A stretch of 64,000 bases of DNA from Squalus acanthias (lineage: Eukaryota): positions 114,950,001 to 115,014,000 of the forward strand of contig CM059432.1 of assembly GCA_030390025.1 (NCBI GenBank), in the 5' to 3' direction. How positions within the stretch are numbered: the stretch's first letter is position 1; every line of letters begins with the position of its first letter. The position numbers were made by a program, and so were the translations under genes. Shown in pieces: positions 25,705 to 38,522 of the stretch. Under the pieces are notes generated by a model. It was not told the origin of the DNA, searched no databases, and saw only the letters and a list, made by a program, of their open reading frames with translations.

Positions 25705-27312
25705 GACACTAAGAATATCCCAACACTGGACAAACAGGGGGCTATAGGGGGGGAGGAGCTAAACACGATCAAAATCACTAAGGAAGTGGTACTCGGTAAA
25801 ATAATGGGACTCAAGGCGGATATATCACCTGGACCTGATGGCTTACATCCTAGGGTCTTAAGGGAAGTGGCGGTAGGGATTGTGGATGCATTGGTAATAA
25901 TTTTCCAAAACTCCCTGGACTCAGCAAAGATCCCGGCAGACTGGAAAACTGCTAATGTAACACCCTTATTTAAAAAGGGCAGTAGACAGAAGGCTGGTAA
26001 CTATAGACCGGTTAGCCTAACATCTGTGGTAGGTAAAATTTTGGAGTCCATTATCAAGGAGACAGTAACGGGACATTTGGATAATCATAATTTAATAGGA
26101 CAAAGTCAGCATGGTTTTATGAAGGGGAAGTCATGTTTGACAAATTTGCTGGAGTTCTTTGAGGAAGTAACACACAGGGTGGATAAAGGGGAACCAGTGG
26201 ATGTGGTGTATTTAGACTTCCAAAAGGCATTTGACAAGGTGCCACACAAAAGATTATTGCTTAAGATAAAAAATCACGGGATTGGGGGTAATATTCTGGC
26301 ACGGATAGAGGATTGGCTATCTAACAGAAGGCAGAGAGTTGGGATAAATGGTTCATTCTCAGACTGGCAATCAGTAACTAGTGGTGTTCCGCAGGGGTCA
26401 GTGCTGGGTCCCCAACTCTTTACAATCTATATTAACGATTTGGAGGAGGGGACCGAGTGTAACATATCAAAGTTTGCAGATGATACTAAGATGGGAGGGA
26501 AAGTAGTGAGTGAGGAGGACATAAAAAATCTGCAAGGGGACATAGACAGGCTAAGTAAGTGGGCAGAGATTTGGCAGATGGAATACAATACTGGAAAGTG
26601 TGAGGTTATGCACTTTGGCAGGAAAAATAGTAGAGCAAGTTATTATCTAAATGGCAAGAAACTGGAAAGTACTGAAGTACAAAGGGATCTGGGGGTCCTG
26701 GTGCACGAAACTCAAAAGGTTAGTATGCAGGTGCAGCAAGTGATTAAGAAGGCCAATGGAATGTTGGCTTTCATTGCTAGGGGGATAGAATATAAAAAAA
26801 GGGAGGTATTGCTTCAGTTGTACAAGGTATTGGTGAGACCGCACCTGGAATACTGCATACAGTTTTGGTGTCCATACTTAAGAAAAGACATACTTGCTCT
26901 CGAGTCAGTACAAAGAAGGTTCACTCGGTTAATCCCGGGGATGAGGGGATGGACATATGAGGAGAGGTTGGGTAGATTGGGACTCTACTCATTGGAGTTC
27001 AGAAGAATGAGAGGCGATCTTATTGAAACATATAAGATTGTGAAGGGGTTGGATCGGGTGGATGCGGGGAGGATGTTCCCGATGATGGGTGAAACTAGAA
27101 CTAGGGGGCATAGTCTTAGAATAAGGGGCTGCTCTTTCAAAACTGAGATGAGAAGGAACTATTTCACTCAGAGGGTGGTAGGTCCATGGAATATGCTGCC
27201 CCAAAAAGCTGTAGAAGCTATATCATTACATAAATTTAAAACAGAAATAGACAGTTTCCTAGAAGTAAAGGGAATTAAGGGTTACGGGGAGCGGACAGGA
27301 ATTTGGACATGA
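25705..27312 (+). CDS. CR1 ORF2 reverse transcriptase fragment, open but lacking the endonuclease and a native start
   Basis: 542-codon ORF with [37 protein letters not shown]; the first codons come from the flanking L2. Confidence 0.85.
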   Translation, partial: DTKNIPTLDKQGAIGGEELNTIKITKEVVLGKIMGLKADISPGPDGLHPRVLREVAVGIVDALVIIFQNSLDSAKIPADWKTANVTPLFKKGSRQKAGNYRPVSLTSVVGKILESIIKETVTGHLDNHNLIGQSQHGFMKGKSCLTNLLEFFEEVTHRVDKGEPVDVVYLDFQKAFDKVPHKRLLLKIKNHGIGGNILARIEDWLSNRRQRVGINGSFSDWQSVTSGVPQGSVLGPQLFTIYINDLEEGTECNISKFADDTKMGGKVVSEEDIKNLQGDIDRLSKWAEIWQMEYNTGKCEVMHFGRKNSRASYYLNGKKLESTEVQRDLGVLVHETQKVSMQVQQVIKKANGMLAFIARGIEYKKREVLLQLYKVLVRPHLEYCIQFWCPYLRKDILALESVQRRFTRLIPGMRGWTYEERLGRLGLYSLEFRRMRGDLIETYKIVKGLDRVDAGRMFPMMGETRTRGHSLRIRGCSFKTEMRRNYFTQRVVGPWNMLPQKAVEAISLHKFKTEIDSFLEVKGIKGYGERTGIWT

Positions 27313-27544
27313 GTCTAGGTTCGGATCGGTCATGGCCCTGTGGGTAGCGTAGCGGGCCCAGGGGCCGTGTAGCCTGATCCTGCTCCTATTTCGTGTGTCC
27401 AATTCTGTTAGGTTCAGGAGATGGTTCTGTGATAGTAGATTGGCGGTTAGGATCAGATCAGCCATGATCTTATTGAATGGCGGAGCAGGCTCGAGGGGCC
27501 AATTGGCCTACTCCTGCTCCTATTTCTTATGTTCTTATGTTTAT
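25705..27544 (+). mobile_element. Young 5'-truncated CR1 LINE inserted into L2
   Basis: TSD GAAAG (25700-25704, 27545-27549); uninterrupted RT frame; tail ttcttatgttcttatg. Confidence 0.95.
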
Positions 27545-29801
27545 GAAAGCATTGAAATAGTCTAGTCCAGAAGTAACAAAGGCATGGATGAGGGTATCAA
27601 CAGATGAGCTGAGGCAGGGGCAGAGACAGGCAAAGTTCTTGGAATGGATATGGGGTCGGAAGCTCAGCTTAGGGTCAAATAGGACGTCAAGGTTGAGAAC
27701 GGTCTGTTCAGCCTCAGACAGTGACCTGGGAGATGATGGAGTTGGTAGCTAGAGAACAGAGATTGTGGCGGGAATTGAAGACAATGGCTTCAGTCTTCCC
27801 AATATTTAGTTGGAGGAAATTTCTGCTCATCCAATACTGGATGTCAGACAAGCAGTCTGAAAAATTAGAGAGAGTTGAGAAGTCGAAAGAGGTGGTGGTG
27901 AGGTAGAGCTGGGTGTCGTTAGTGTACATGTGGGAGCCTGATATTATGTTTTCGGATGATGTCGCCGAGGGGCAGCATGTAGATGAGAAATAGGAGGGGG
28001 CCAAGGACAGATCCTTGGGGGACTCCAGAGGTAATGGTACGGGAGCGGGAGAGAAGCCATTGCAGGTGATTCTCTGGATACGACTGGATAGGTAAGAATG
28101 GAACCAGGCGATTGCAGTCCCAACCAGCTGGATGACGGAGGAGAGGCGTTGGAGGAGGATGGTGTGGTCAACTGTGTTAAAGACTGCAAACAGGTTGAGA
28201 AGGACGAGGAGGGATAGTTTATCACAGACACAGTCACATAGGATGTCATTTGTGACTTTGAGAAAGCCCGTTTCAGTACTGTGGCAGGGGCGTCAACCTG
28301 ATTGGAGGGAATCAAACATAGAGTTCCAAGAAAGATGGGCATGGATTTGAGAGTCAACAGCACGTTCAAGGACTTTGAGAGTAAAGGGAGGTTGGAGACG
28401 GGGCAGTAATTTGCAAGGACGGAGGGCTCAAGGATGGGTTTTTTGAAGAGAGGGGTGATAACAGCAGATTTTAAAGGGAGGGGGACAGTATCTGAGGAGA
28501 GAACGGTTAACAATATCAGCTAACATGGAGGCCAGGAACTGAAGTTGGGTGGTCAGCAGTTTAGTGGGAATAGGGTCGAGGGAGCAGGAAGTGGGTCTCA
28601 TGGACAAGATGAGCACGAAAGGTCATGAGGGGAGATCAGAGTGAAACTGGAGAAAGATGCGAGTTCAGGGCTAGGGCAGGGGGGAACCTTAGAGGAGGTT
28701 TAGCCTGGTAGACTAGGGGAAGGAAGGGAAGTGGCAGAGGCAGTTGAACGGCTGGTCTCAATCTTAGTAACAAAGAAATCCATGAGGTCCTCACACTTGT
28801 TGTCGGAGGTGTGGTGGAGGAGGCAAGGGTTTAAGAAGATGGTTTGTAGTGGTGAATAGAAGCCGGGTGTTATCTTTGCATTCCAGGACGATCCTGGAAT
28901 AGTTGCAGTTTTGGCAGACGAGAGCAGGACCTGATAGTGCTTTATGTGTTCCAGCCTGATCTGGCGATGAATGGCTAATCCAGTTGTCTGCCATAAACGT
29001 TCAAGTCTGCGTCCCTTGGACTTAAAGAAGCGAAGATGAGGCCATACCAAGGGGAATGGCCAAGGTGAGAGAGTAATCCTTTTAATGGGGACTAGGGCAT
29101 CAAAGGTGGTGGCGAGGGTGAAGTTAAGCAGATCGGTAGCTGCAGAAATATCATGGTGAATGGTGGGCCAAAGGCTAGACAGTTGGGAATTTGAAAGTGC
29201 AGTTGTAAGTGACTTGGGGGAGAGTTTTTTCCAGGATGGACATAGAAGGAACTGGGATTGGGAGGGGGAAGGGGGATGTGGGTGAAGAGCGATACAACAA
29301 AGTGATCAGAGTTATCTAAAACTGACACGATGGGAATAGCGAGGCCACGTGAGATGGCAAGGTCAAGGGGGTGGCCGTGAATATGGGTCGGGGAATTTAT
29401 ATGGAGGGAGAGATTAAGGGAGGATAGGAAGACAGTGAACTCAAAGGAGAGATCATGATGAGTTGAGGTGGAGGTTGAAATCACCGAGGATGAGAAGTCA
29501 CTCGGTGCTTTGTGCTCCCCTGAACCCTTCATTAAATTAATGGACAGAAAGAATTTCACCTTTTTTGTTAAGAGCAAAAACTATATAGAAAAGATAAATT
29601 ACAGCAGGTAGAAAGGAGTAAAATTACAAGACCAAATAATAGAACAGAGAGAATGGGATGGATAACTGATAACAGAGATGGTAAGTCAAGCAAGTTTAAG
29701 TTGTTCACATTTTTATACTTAAATGATTATTTTTGTATGAGCTTAATATTACTGTAATAAAGGTACTCTTAACATCTGAATTACTTTATTGCTGCAATAT
29801 A

Positions 29802-30356
29802 AGAGGGAATTTTAACTCTCTCTAATAAGTGGGAGGGTAGTGGGGAGCAGTTAAAATGGAGCAGCTTCATTTTCCACACTGTTCCTGCCAATTCCCAATT
29901 TTAACGCCACTGGTTTTGGCAGCGCGTGTGAGAGCCTCATTAATAACTGTAAATTGGGGTCCCGTGACATACATGGGACCCCAATGGCATTTCAATCCAG
30001 CCCTGAGCCAGGTAAAGCTATCGTGAAGCCAGCATGGCCCTCTAAGGTAAGTTTTAATATTCGTCTTAGTGCGGCTAGGCAGAGCAGGAGTGCAGTTCCA
30101 GGCCTCAAAGGGAAGGTTTGAGCCTCTGATGTCCCGGGTTCCCCCTCCCCAGCTGTGAGACTCTCCCGACACCCCCTGTCCTGGACATACCTCGCTTCCA
30201 GCCTGCTACCACCTTCCTCCTGGAATAGACGAGCAGCTGAATGGTGGCATTCAATTGAGCCTGGCCGTTAAACTCTGTTGGGCCTCCGACTAAGATTCCT
30301 ATACGGGATTGCCGTCCACTCTCGCAAGCTGCCTGCCGGGACTTAGAATTGGGCCT
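29802..30356. mobile_element. Degenerate Harbinger-type MITE
   Basis: GC-rich island, weak TIRs containing AATT, ATA on both flanks. Confidence 0.4.
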
Positions 30357-31129
30357 ATAGCGTTTGTTCTAGCGTCACAATGTGCAAGCTGAAAACTAAC
30401 AAAACCAGTCAGCCCAGGGAGATCGGCATTCCCCCTGGACTGTCAGCAGTCTAAAGGTTAAAATAATATAACACAGCTTCTAGGGTGTAAAACAGTTGGC
30501 TGCAACCCCTAACCCCAATGCAGTAATACTCCGCTATTCGTTGTTACATATGAGTAGAAATTCATATTTTTGCTTTGGTATTTTGTTTAATTTACTGTTT
30601 AATAAGTAGAATTCAGATATTGTATGATCCGATCCACACAATAGACATTTTGACAGCGAACCTGAAAAAAGTCATGTGTTAATCCATTTCCTTGCTGAAG
30701 ATATAATAGGTGAGAGGATTCTTTGAGGACACTTCATTTGATATAGTTATTTAACTCGTTAAGTCTACCTCTACAGTCTACAGAGGGACTGGGGCCAGGG
30801 AGGGAAAGATGAATGGACAGATAAGGGCGGCTGTTCTCACCATTTCAAAAGCCTTTTTTTCTTGTCACTACCACATAACAGACACGTTTAAAACAGTAGG
30901 CCCACATGTACATTGTCACTGAGACTCAAAGCTGTAACTACAGCATGTAAAGCAAAGCAACCATTTGACAAACATCATGCTGCTGTACATCACTTAATAT
31001 CACTTCAGTTTAACCAGTCTCTCTTTAAATCATCTTGCCCTGTAGTTTTAAAGCCTTCCTACAGTCTTTCATCTCTCTTTTTAAAGCCATGCTTCTTTAG
31101 TCGCTTAGAACTATTTTGAAATACACCAT

Positions 31130-32570
31130 TACTAAGCTGAGAGCTAATTTAGCCAAAGTGGACTGGAGACAGAAACTTGAAGGTAAATCAGTGTCAGGGC
31201 AGTGGGAGGCATTCAAGGAGGAGATAGTGAGGGTTCAGAGCAAGTATGTTCCCTTAAAGAAAAAGGGTGGGACTAACAAATCTACAGCTCTCTGGATGTC
31301 AAGATGCATACAGGGTAGGATAAAGAAAAAAAGGGAAGCTTATGACAGATACCGAGGACTTAATACTGCAGAAAGCCGAGAGGAGTATAGAAAGTGCAGG
31401 GATGAAATCAAAAAGGAAATTAGGAAAGCAAAGAGAGGGCATGAAAAAAGTAAAATCCATGGGATCCAAGGCAAAGTGGCAAGTTGGATCCAAAATTGGC
31501 TCAGAGGCAGGAAACAAAGGGTAATAATCGAAGGGTGTTTTTGTGACTGGAAGGCTGTTTCCAGTGGGGTTCCGCAGGGCTCAGTACTGGGTCCTTTGCT
31601 TTTTGTGGTATATATCAATGATTTGGACTTGAATGTAGGAAGTATGATTAAGAAGTTTGCAGATGATACAAAAATTGGCCGTGTGGTTGATAATGAAGAA
31701 GAAAGCTACAGACTGCAGGAAGATATCAATGGACTGGTAAGGTGGGTATACAGTGGCAAATGGAATTCAATCTGGAGAAGTGTGAGGTAATGCATTTGGG
31801 AGGGCTAACAAGGCAAGGGAATACACTATAAATGGTATGACACTGAGAAGTGCAGAAGATCAGAGGGACCTTGGAGTACATGTCCACAGATCCCTGAAGG
31901 TAGCAGGACAGGTAGATAAGGTGGTTAAGAAGGCATATGGGATACTTGCCTTTATTAGCCGAGGCATAGAATATAAGAGCAGGGAGGTTATGCTTGAACT
32001 GTATAAAACACTAGTTAGGCCACAGCTAGAATACTGCATGCAATTCTGGTCACCACATTACAGGAAGGATGTGATTGCACTAGAGTGGGTGCAGAGGAGA
32101 TTTACGAGAATGTTGCCTGGGCTGGGGAATTTTAGCTATGAGGAAAGATTGGATAGGCTGGGGTAGTATTCCTTGGAACAGAGGAGGCTGAGGGGAGATT
32201 TAATTGAGGTGTATAAAATTATGAGGGGCCGAGATAGAGAGGATAGGGAGGACCTATTTCCCTTAGCAGAGGGGTCAATAACCAGGGGGCATAGATTTAA
32301 AGTAATTGGTAGGAGGTTTAGAGGGGATTTGAGGAGAAATGTTTTCACCCAGAGGGTGGTGGGGATCTGAAATTCACTGCCTGAAAGGTTGGTAGAGGCA
32401 GAAACCCTCATCACATTTAAAAAGTACTTGGATATGCACTTGAAGTGCCGTAACCTACAAGGAAATGGACCAAGAGCTGGAAAGTGGGATTAGGGTGGAT
32501 AGCTCTTTGTCGGCTGGCACGGACAAAATGGGCTGAATGGCCTCCTTCTGTGCTGTAAATTTCTATGATC
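31130..32570 (+). mobile_element. 5'-truncated CR1 LINE with an internal deletion near 31450
   Basis: Jumps in frame from IRKAKRGHEK to [29 protein letters not shown]; tail gctgtaaatttctatg. Confidence 0.92.
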
Positions 32571-32817
32571 TCAATAAAAAGGCGACATGGCTACACTTTT
32601 CATATCTGTAGTGGAAATCTGGGAATTTAACTCAAACTTAAAGGCTATGGCCACATAGAATCCTTAAGCCATGCAAGGCCTTAGTACCAAACTTGGGTCA
32701 CGCACTGCCATATGGCCATTGGTTAGTACATTGATTTCCCTGATGAGTATGCCAGCAACACAGTATCATCCAGGAAAAAAACACATTATGCTCAGAAATG
32801 GCTGGAACAGACATTCC

Positions 32818-33650
32818 GGGCTGGATTTTGTCAATGGGGACGTGATGGAGGCGGGACTCACACTTTTTGGGTTGTAGTCCCGCCTCCATCGACTTGTGGC
32901 CAACCCACTGTATTTTCCCTTGATTGACCTTGTTAAGCCCGCCCAGCGGGCTTAGCAGGCCAATCAAGGGTCCCTTGGATACAGGTGACCTCAGCTATTG
33001 TAATTTCATCTGTCAAGAGCTTTTGACAGATGAAATTTCAGCGTTTGACAGCTCTGTGAAGCTGTCAAACGCTGACAATATGATTTCTAACGTGAGTCCC
33101 TGTACTTAGACTCAGTTAGAAATCAATCCAGCACAGAAAGCAGAGACTGCAGCTTTTGACAGCTCCGCGGCCATTCTGCTTTCTGTGCCGTGGATGTGAG
33201 GGACTCCCGACACCTTAAGGAAGCTAGCCTGCAGGACAAAGTTAAGGTAAGTAAAAGTTCTTAAAACACTTTACACACACCAAACACACTTACCTCTGCA
33301 CTCATGCACCCATCACTCACCTGCACACCGGACATCTCGACCCCTCCAAGCCCTCCAGACCGATGGTCCGCCTCGCTAAATCGGCGTGGTTCGGACCTGT
33401 CGGGAAGCCCACACTTCAGGACTAAAAATAGGGATTAGGCAAAAAACTGCCTGTTAACAGGCAGTTTATTGGCACTAGTCCCCTTCCCGCCTCAGGGAGG
33501 CGGGTCCCAGCATAGGTCGGGCACCCGCCTCCTGTGAAACTGGCATGGAGGCGGGTTGGGGGCGGGATGGGTTCGGGACCCCCAAATCTGCTATTTTAAC
33601 CCCCCACACGCCTCCAAATCCGCCTCCACAGGTCAATGAAAATTCTGCCC
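32818..33650. mobile_element. Non-autonomous Harbinger-type element
   Basis: TIRs GGGCTGGATTTT / AAAATTCTGCCC, TSD TCC; repeated tgacag/ctgtca motifs inside. Confidence 0.8.
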
Positions 33651-33707
33651 TCCATGTCCATCCTTTACAATGTCATTAAGCACATCATTGTTGTGGATAT
33701 TAAGTAA

Positions 33708-34225
33708 AGTGGATACTTGCCATAGAGGGAGTGCAACGAAGGTTCACGAGATTGATTCCTGGGATGGCGGGACTGTCGTATGAAAAGAGATTGAGTAAAC
33801 TAGGCCTGTATTCTCTTGAATTCAGAAGAATGAGAGGGGATCTCATTGAAGCATACAAAATTATTACAGGACTTGATAGGGTGGATGCTGGGAGAATGTT
33901 TCCCTTGGCTGGGGAGTCTAGAACCAGGGGCCACAGCCTCAGGATAAAAGGTAGGCCATTCAGGACTGAGATGAGAAGAAATTTCTTCACACAGAGGGTG
34001 GTGAATCTTTGGAATTCTCTACCCCAGAGGGTTGTGGAGGCTCAGTCATTGGGTATATTCAAAACAGAAGTCGATAGATTTCTGACTAGTAAGGACATCA
34101 AGGGATATGGCGATAGGGCCGGTGAATGGAATTGAGACAGAAGATTAGCCATGATCTCATTGAATGGCGGAGCAGGCTTGAAGGGCCAAATGGCCTACTC
34201 CTGCTCCTATTTCTTACGTTCTTAT
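33708..34225 (+). mobile_element. CR1 LINE 3' fragment
   Basis: QRRFTRLIPG...RRNFFTQRVVNLWNSLP; tail ctcctatttcttacgttcttatg. Confidence 0.92.
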
Positions 34226-36254
34226 GGATGAGAGTGGACACCTTCCCTCATTCCACTTTCAAGAGAGATAAGTTCAGTAAAATCCCATCTATCCTCACAT
34301 GGACATTGGAGCTGGAGTTCACACCCAGGATAAAATGCAAGATTTGGTAAGGTACACCCATTGCTTCCAACTTCTTCATGATGGCCACATGGGGCACTAA
34401 GTGAAGAGCCTTACTAAAATTTAATGAGAGCAATGTAAACAAGATTCCCTGAATCCTACAGTGTTCTCATTAAACATATCAAGCCACAACCTGTCCTACA
34501 AATTGAAGTACAGTCTGTTTCATTTTTATTACTCTGGGAACCAATATCCTCGAAGAGGTTAACTAGTGCTGTCGGGGAGGGTTTAAACTAATTTGGCAGG
34601 GTAAGGGGAACCAGGATGAAGCATCAGAGAGAAGAAACAGGTTGCATTGAGGACTGGGAGAGACAAACTGATATTAGAATAAAGAGTAGTCCTGAAATAG
34701 GAGGGATCAGACAGGGGAGAAATGCAAGGCAGACTAAGGTGGGTTTGGCATGCATGTGCGTAAATGTGTGTAAAATAAGGTTGGTGAGCTGCAGACACAA
34801 GTTGCCACATAGGGTTTTGAAATAGTGGCAGTAACGGAAACCTGTCTCAAACAAGGAGAGAAATGGGAACTTAACATTCCCGACGACAATGTATTCAGCA
34901 GGAATAGGGAAGGAAATAAAGGGAGGGGGCGGGTGTCAGTATGCATCAAAGATGCTGTGCTTCAGGGTTCTAAGACTGAATCTATTTGGTTAGAGTTAAG
35001 AAGCAGAACAAGAGCTGTCACACTGCTGGCTGTACACTATAGACCACCAAATAGTGAGAAGGAGATGGAGGAGCAAATCTGCAAGCAAATTTCAGAAAGA
35101 TGCAAGAACTTTAGAGTAGTGATAATGGGGACTTCAATTATCCTAATATAGACTGGGGGAGAAATAGTGTGAAGGGCAAGGAGGGGGAGGAATTCTGAAA
35201 TGTGTAACGGAGAACTTTCTTGATCAGTATGCTTCCAGCCCAACAAGGAAGGAAGCAGTGCTGGGGAATGAAGTGGGGCATGTGTCAGTAGGAGAGCATT
35301 TGGGAATCAGTGATCACAATATCATCAGATTTTGAGAGTAGTTATGGAAAAGGACAAGGAACAATGAAAGGTGAAGATACTCAACTGGAAGAGGGCTAAT
35401 TTCAGTGAACTGAAAAGCGATCTGGCCCAGGTGGAATGGAAACAAGTATTATCAGGTAAAACAGTAAATGAATCATGGGAGGCCTTCCAGGGGGAGATAG
35501 TTTGGGTACAGACTGGACACATTCCTCTGAGGGGTTAAGGAAAGGCATCCAAACTAGAGCTCCCTGCATGACTAAAGAAATTGGGATTAAAATGAAACAG
35601 AAATACAGCAGAGAATCAAGCAGAATACAGAAAGTGCAGAGGACAACTGAAAAAGGAAATAAGAGGGGCAAAGAGAATGCATGAGAAAAAATTAGCAGAT
35701 AGCATAAAAGGTAACCCAAAAGTATCTTCCAGACATATAAAGAGTAAAAGAATAGTCGAAGGAAGGGTGGGGCCAATTAGGGACCAAAAGGGAAATCTTC
35801 TTGTAGGGGCAGAGGGCATGGCTGAGGTACTAAATGAGTACTTTGTATCTGACTTCACTAAAGAAGAGGTGCTGCCAATCTCACAATAAAGGAGGAGGGG
35901 ATAGAGAAATTGGATAGGATAGAAATAGATAAAGAGGAGGTACTTAAACGGCAGGCAGCGCTCAAAGTAGAAAAGTCACCCGGTCCAGATGGGATGCATC
36001 CTAGGTTGCTGAGGGAAAGGTGGAAATAGCAAAGGCTTTGGCCACAAGCTTTCATTCCTCCTTAGATAGGGGAGTAGTGCCAGAAGACTGGAGGGTTGCA
36101 AATGTTACACCCCTCTTCAATAAAGGAGAGAGAGATAAACCAAATAACTACAGGCCAGTCAGCCTAACGTCGGTGGTGGGGAAACTTCGAGAGACCATAT
36201 TCTGGGACAAAATTAATTGTCACTTGGAAGAACATGGGTTGATGAATGTAAATC

Positions 36255-37366
36255 GCTGAAGGTAAGCATGCAGGTACAGCAGGCGGTTAAGAAGGCAAAT
36301 GGTATGTTGGCCTTCGTAGCGAGAGGGTTTGAGTACAGGAACAAGGATGTCTTGCTGCAGCTGTACAGGGCCTTGGTGAGACCACACCTTGAGTATTGTG
36401 TGCAGTTTTGGTCGCTTTATCTGAGGAAGGATGTTCTTGCCATGGAGGGTGTGCAGCGAAGATTCACCAAACTGATATCTGGGATGGCAGGAATGACGTA
36501 CGAGGAGAGATTGGGTCGATTGGGCTTATACTCGCTGGAGCTTAGAAGAATGAGAGGAGATCTCATTGAAACTTATAAAATTCTAACAGGGCTAGACAGA
36601 CTGGATGCAGGAAGGATGTTAGCACTGGTGCCTCACAGCGCCAGGGACCCGGGTTCGAATCTGACCTCGGGTGACTGTCTGTGTGGAGTTTGCACATTCT
36701 CCCCGTGTCTGCGTGGGTTTCCTCCGGGTGCTCCGGTTTCCTCCCACAGTCCAAAAATGTGTGGGTTAGGTTGATTTGGCTATGATAAATTGACCCTTAG
36801 TGTTAGGGGGGTATTAAATATGTGGGGTTATGGGGATAGGATGGGATATGTTAGGGGGAATTAAATACGTGGGGTTACGGGGGTAGGGTGGGATATGTGC
36901 ACTGTGGGGATTAAAGCAGGGACAGGGTACTGGATTTGGATGATCAGCCATGATCGTATTGAATGGTGGAGCAGGCTCGACGGGCCGAATGGCCTACTCC
37001 TGCTCCTAGATTCTATGTTTCTATGTTTCTATGATGTTCCTGATGGCGGGTGAGTCCAGAACAAGAGGTCACAGTCTAAAGATAAGGGGTAAGCCATTTA
37101 GGACTGAGATGAGGAGGAATTTCTTCACCCAGAGAGTGGTGAACCTGTGGAATTCTCTACCACAGAAGGCAGTTGAGGCCAAGTCAGTAAATATATTCAA
37201 GAAGGAGTTAGATATATTTCTTAAGGCTAAAGGTATCAAGGGATATGGGGAGAAGGCAGGGACAGGGTACTGAGTTTGGATGATCAGCCATGATCTCATC
37301 GAATGGCGGAGCAGGCTCGAGGGGCTGAATGGCCTACTCCTGCTCCTATCTTCTATGTTTCTATGT
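36255..37366 (+). mobile_element. Younger 5'-truncated CR1 nested in the older CR1
   Basis: TSD TAAATC (36249-36254, 37367-37372); [13 protein letters not shown]; tail ttctatgtttctatg. Confidence 0.9.
36621..37032 (+). mobile_element. HE1-like V-SINE, 5'-truncated
   Basis: B box GGTTCGAAT; V domain tgtgtggagtttgcacattctccccgtgtctgcgtgggtttcctccgggtgctccggtttcctccc; CR1-type tail; TSD GATGTT. Confidence 0.92.
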
Positions 37367-37809
37367 TAAATCAACATGGATTTGTTAAAGGCAAAGCGCT
37401 TCTGACAATCGTGTATACAGTGGTCTCACGAGGGGTAGGTATTAGGACCACTGCTCTTTTTGATATATATTCATGACCTGGACTTGGGTATAGATGGCAT
37501 AATTTCAAAGTTTGCAGATGACATGAAACTCAAAAATGTAGTAAGCAATGAGGAGGATAGTAGTAGATTTCAGGAAGACTGATGAAATGGGCAGACAAAT
37601 GGCAAATGAAATTTAACACAGAGATGTGTGAAGAGATGCATTTTGGAAGGAAAATGAGAAGAGGCAATATGAAATAAATGGTAGAATTTTATTATTGTAG
37701 GAACAGAGAGCTGGGGTTCACATACACAAATCTTTGAAGGTAGCAGGACAATTTGAGAAGGCTGATAAAAAAAGCATATGGGATCCTTGGCTTTATAAAT
37801 AGAGACATA

Positions 37810-38522
37810 GGGGGAAAAATTGAGTCGCGCCCCCTTTGGGGCTCTAACTTCGCCGGGGCGCTACTTTTAGCACCCTGAAAAAATTAGCGCCCCCGTGGCC
37901 AAAATTAATCGGTAGCGCCCCAAGAGGGATGTGGGCGCTACTGGAAGCGCCCCGCCTCCCTCTTGGAGTGCTGCGAGGGAATATCGCGGCGCTATGTGCC
38001 GCAGCGCCACATGCTCGTGCCACGGTACTGCAGGCCTTCCTCCCCTTCTTAAAGGGGAGGGACCTTGCGCAGCGCGACCCGGAGCCCAGCTGGGCCACCA
38101 GGGATCGGAGTGCCGGCAAAAGAGCCCGGCACTCAAGAGGAGTGCCGGGCTCACGGAACGCAGCCGGCACTCCGCGGGGGGGCTGCTGAGGAGGCCGGGG
38201 ACGGCAATGGGGGCAGGTGCTGGCAGGCGGCCAGCAACAAAAATGGCCGTCCGGCACCTCGCCTTTAATTAGCGCTGCCCCGGCCGCAGGTAGGCCCCCT
38301 GACCCCATCGGACATAGCGTCCGGCGGTAAGTCAGGGGGCGATACCGAAGATCACGGCGAACGACGATGATGTCATCGCTGGCGGCGCAGCGCTGTGGGG
38401 CGCTAACGGTTACCGCCGCCGCTAACCTCCCGCTGAATTTCGCGGGAGGCGTTGGCGGCGGCGCGCCCGAGCACTAGTTGCTTTGCGCCCCATGAGGCAC
38501 AAAGCAACTGAATTTTTCCCCC
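37810..38522. mobile_element. GC-rich Harbinger-type MITE in CR1
   Basis: TIRs GGGGGAAAAATTGAGT / ACTGAATTTTTCCCCC (15/16), TSD ATA. Confidence 0.9.

Larger units (their letters stand above)
25189..29510 (-). mobile_element. Degenerate L2 LINE (endonuclease, RT, GTT-repeat tail) interrupted by CR1
   Basis: HGHPLDLAIS, SDHF, SCSLDPIPTKLL, KSAVITPLFKKP, NDTQLYL, WMSRNFLQLNIGKTE; (caa)n tail at 25189-25202. Confidence 0.9.

Noticed and set aside
37810..38522. CpG-island promoter or GC-rich ORFs (also 9463-10060)
   Set aside because: Bounded by TIRs and TSDs inside CR1; the ORFs have no recognisable domains
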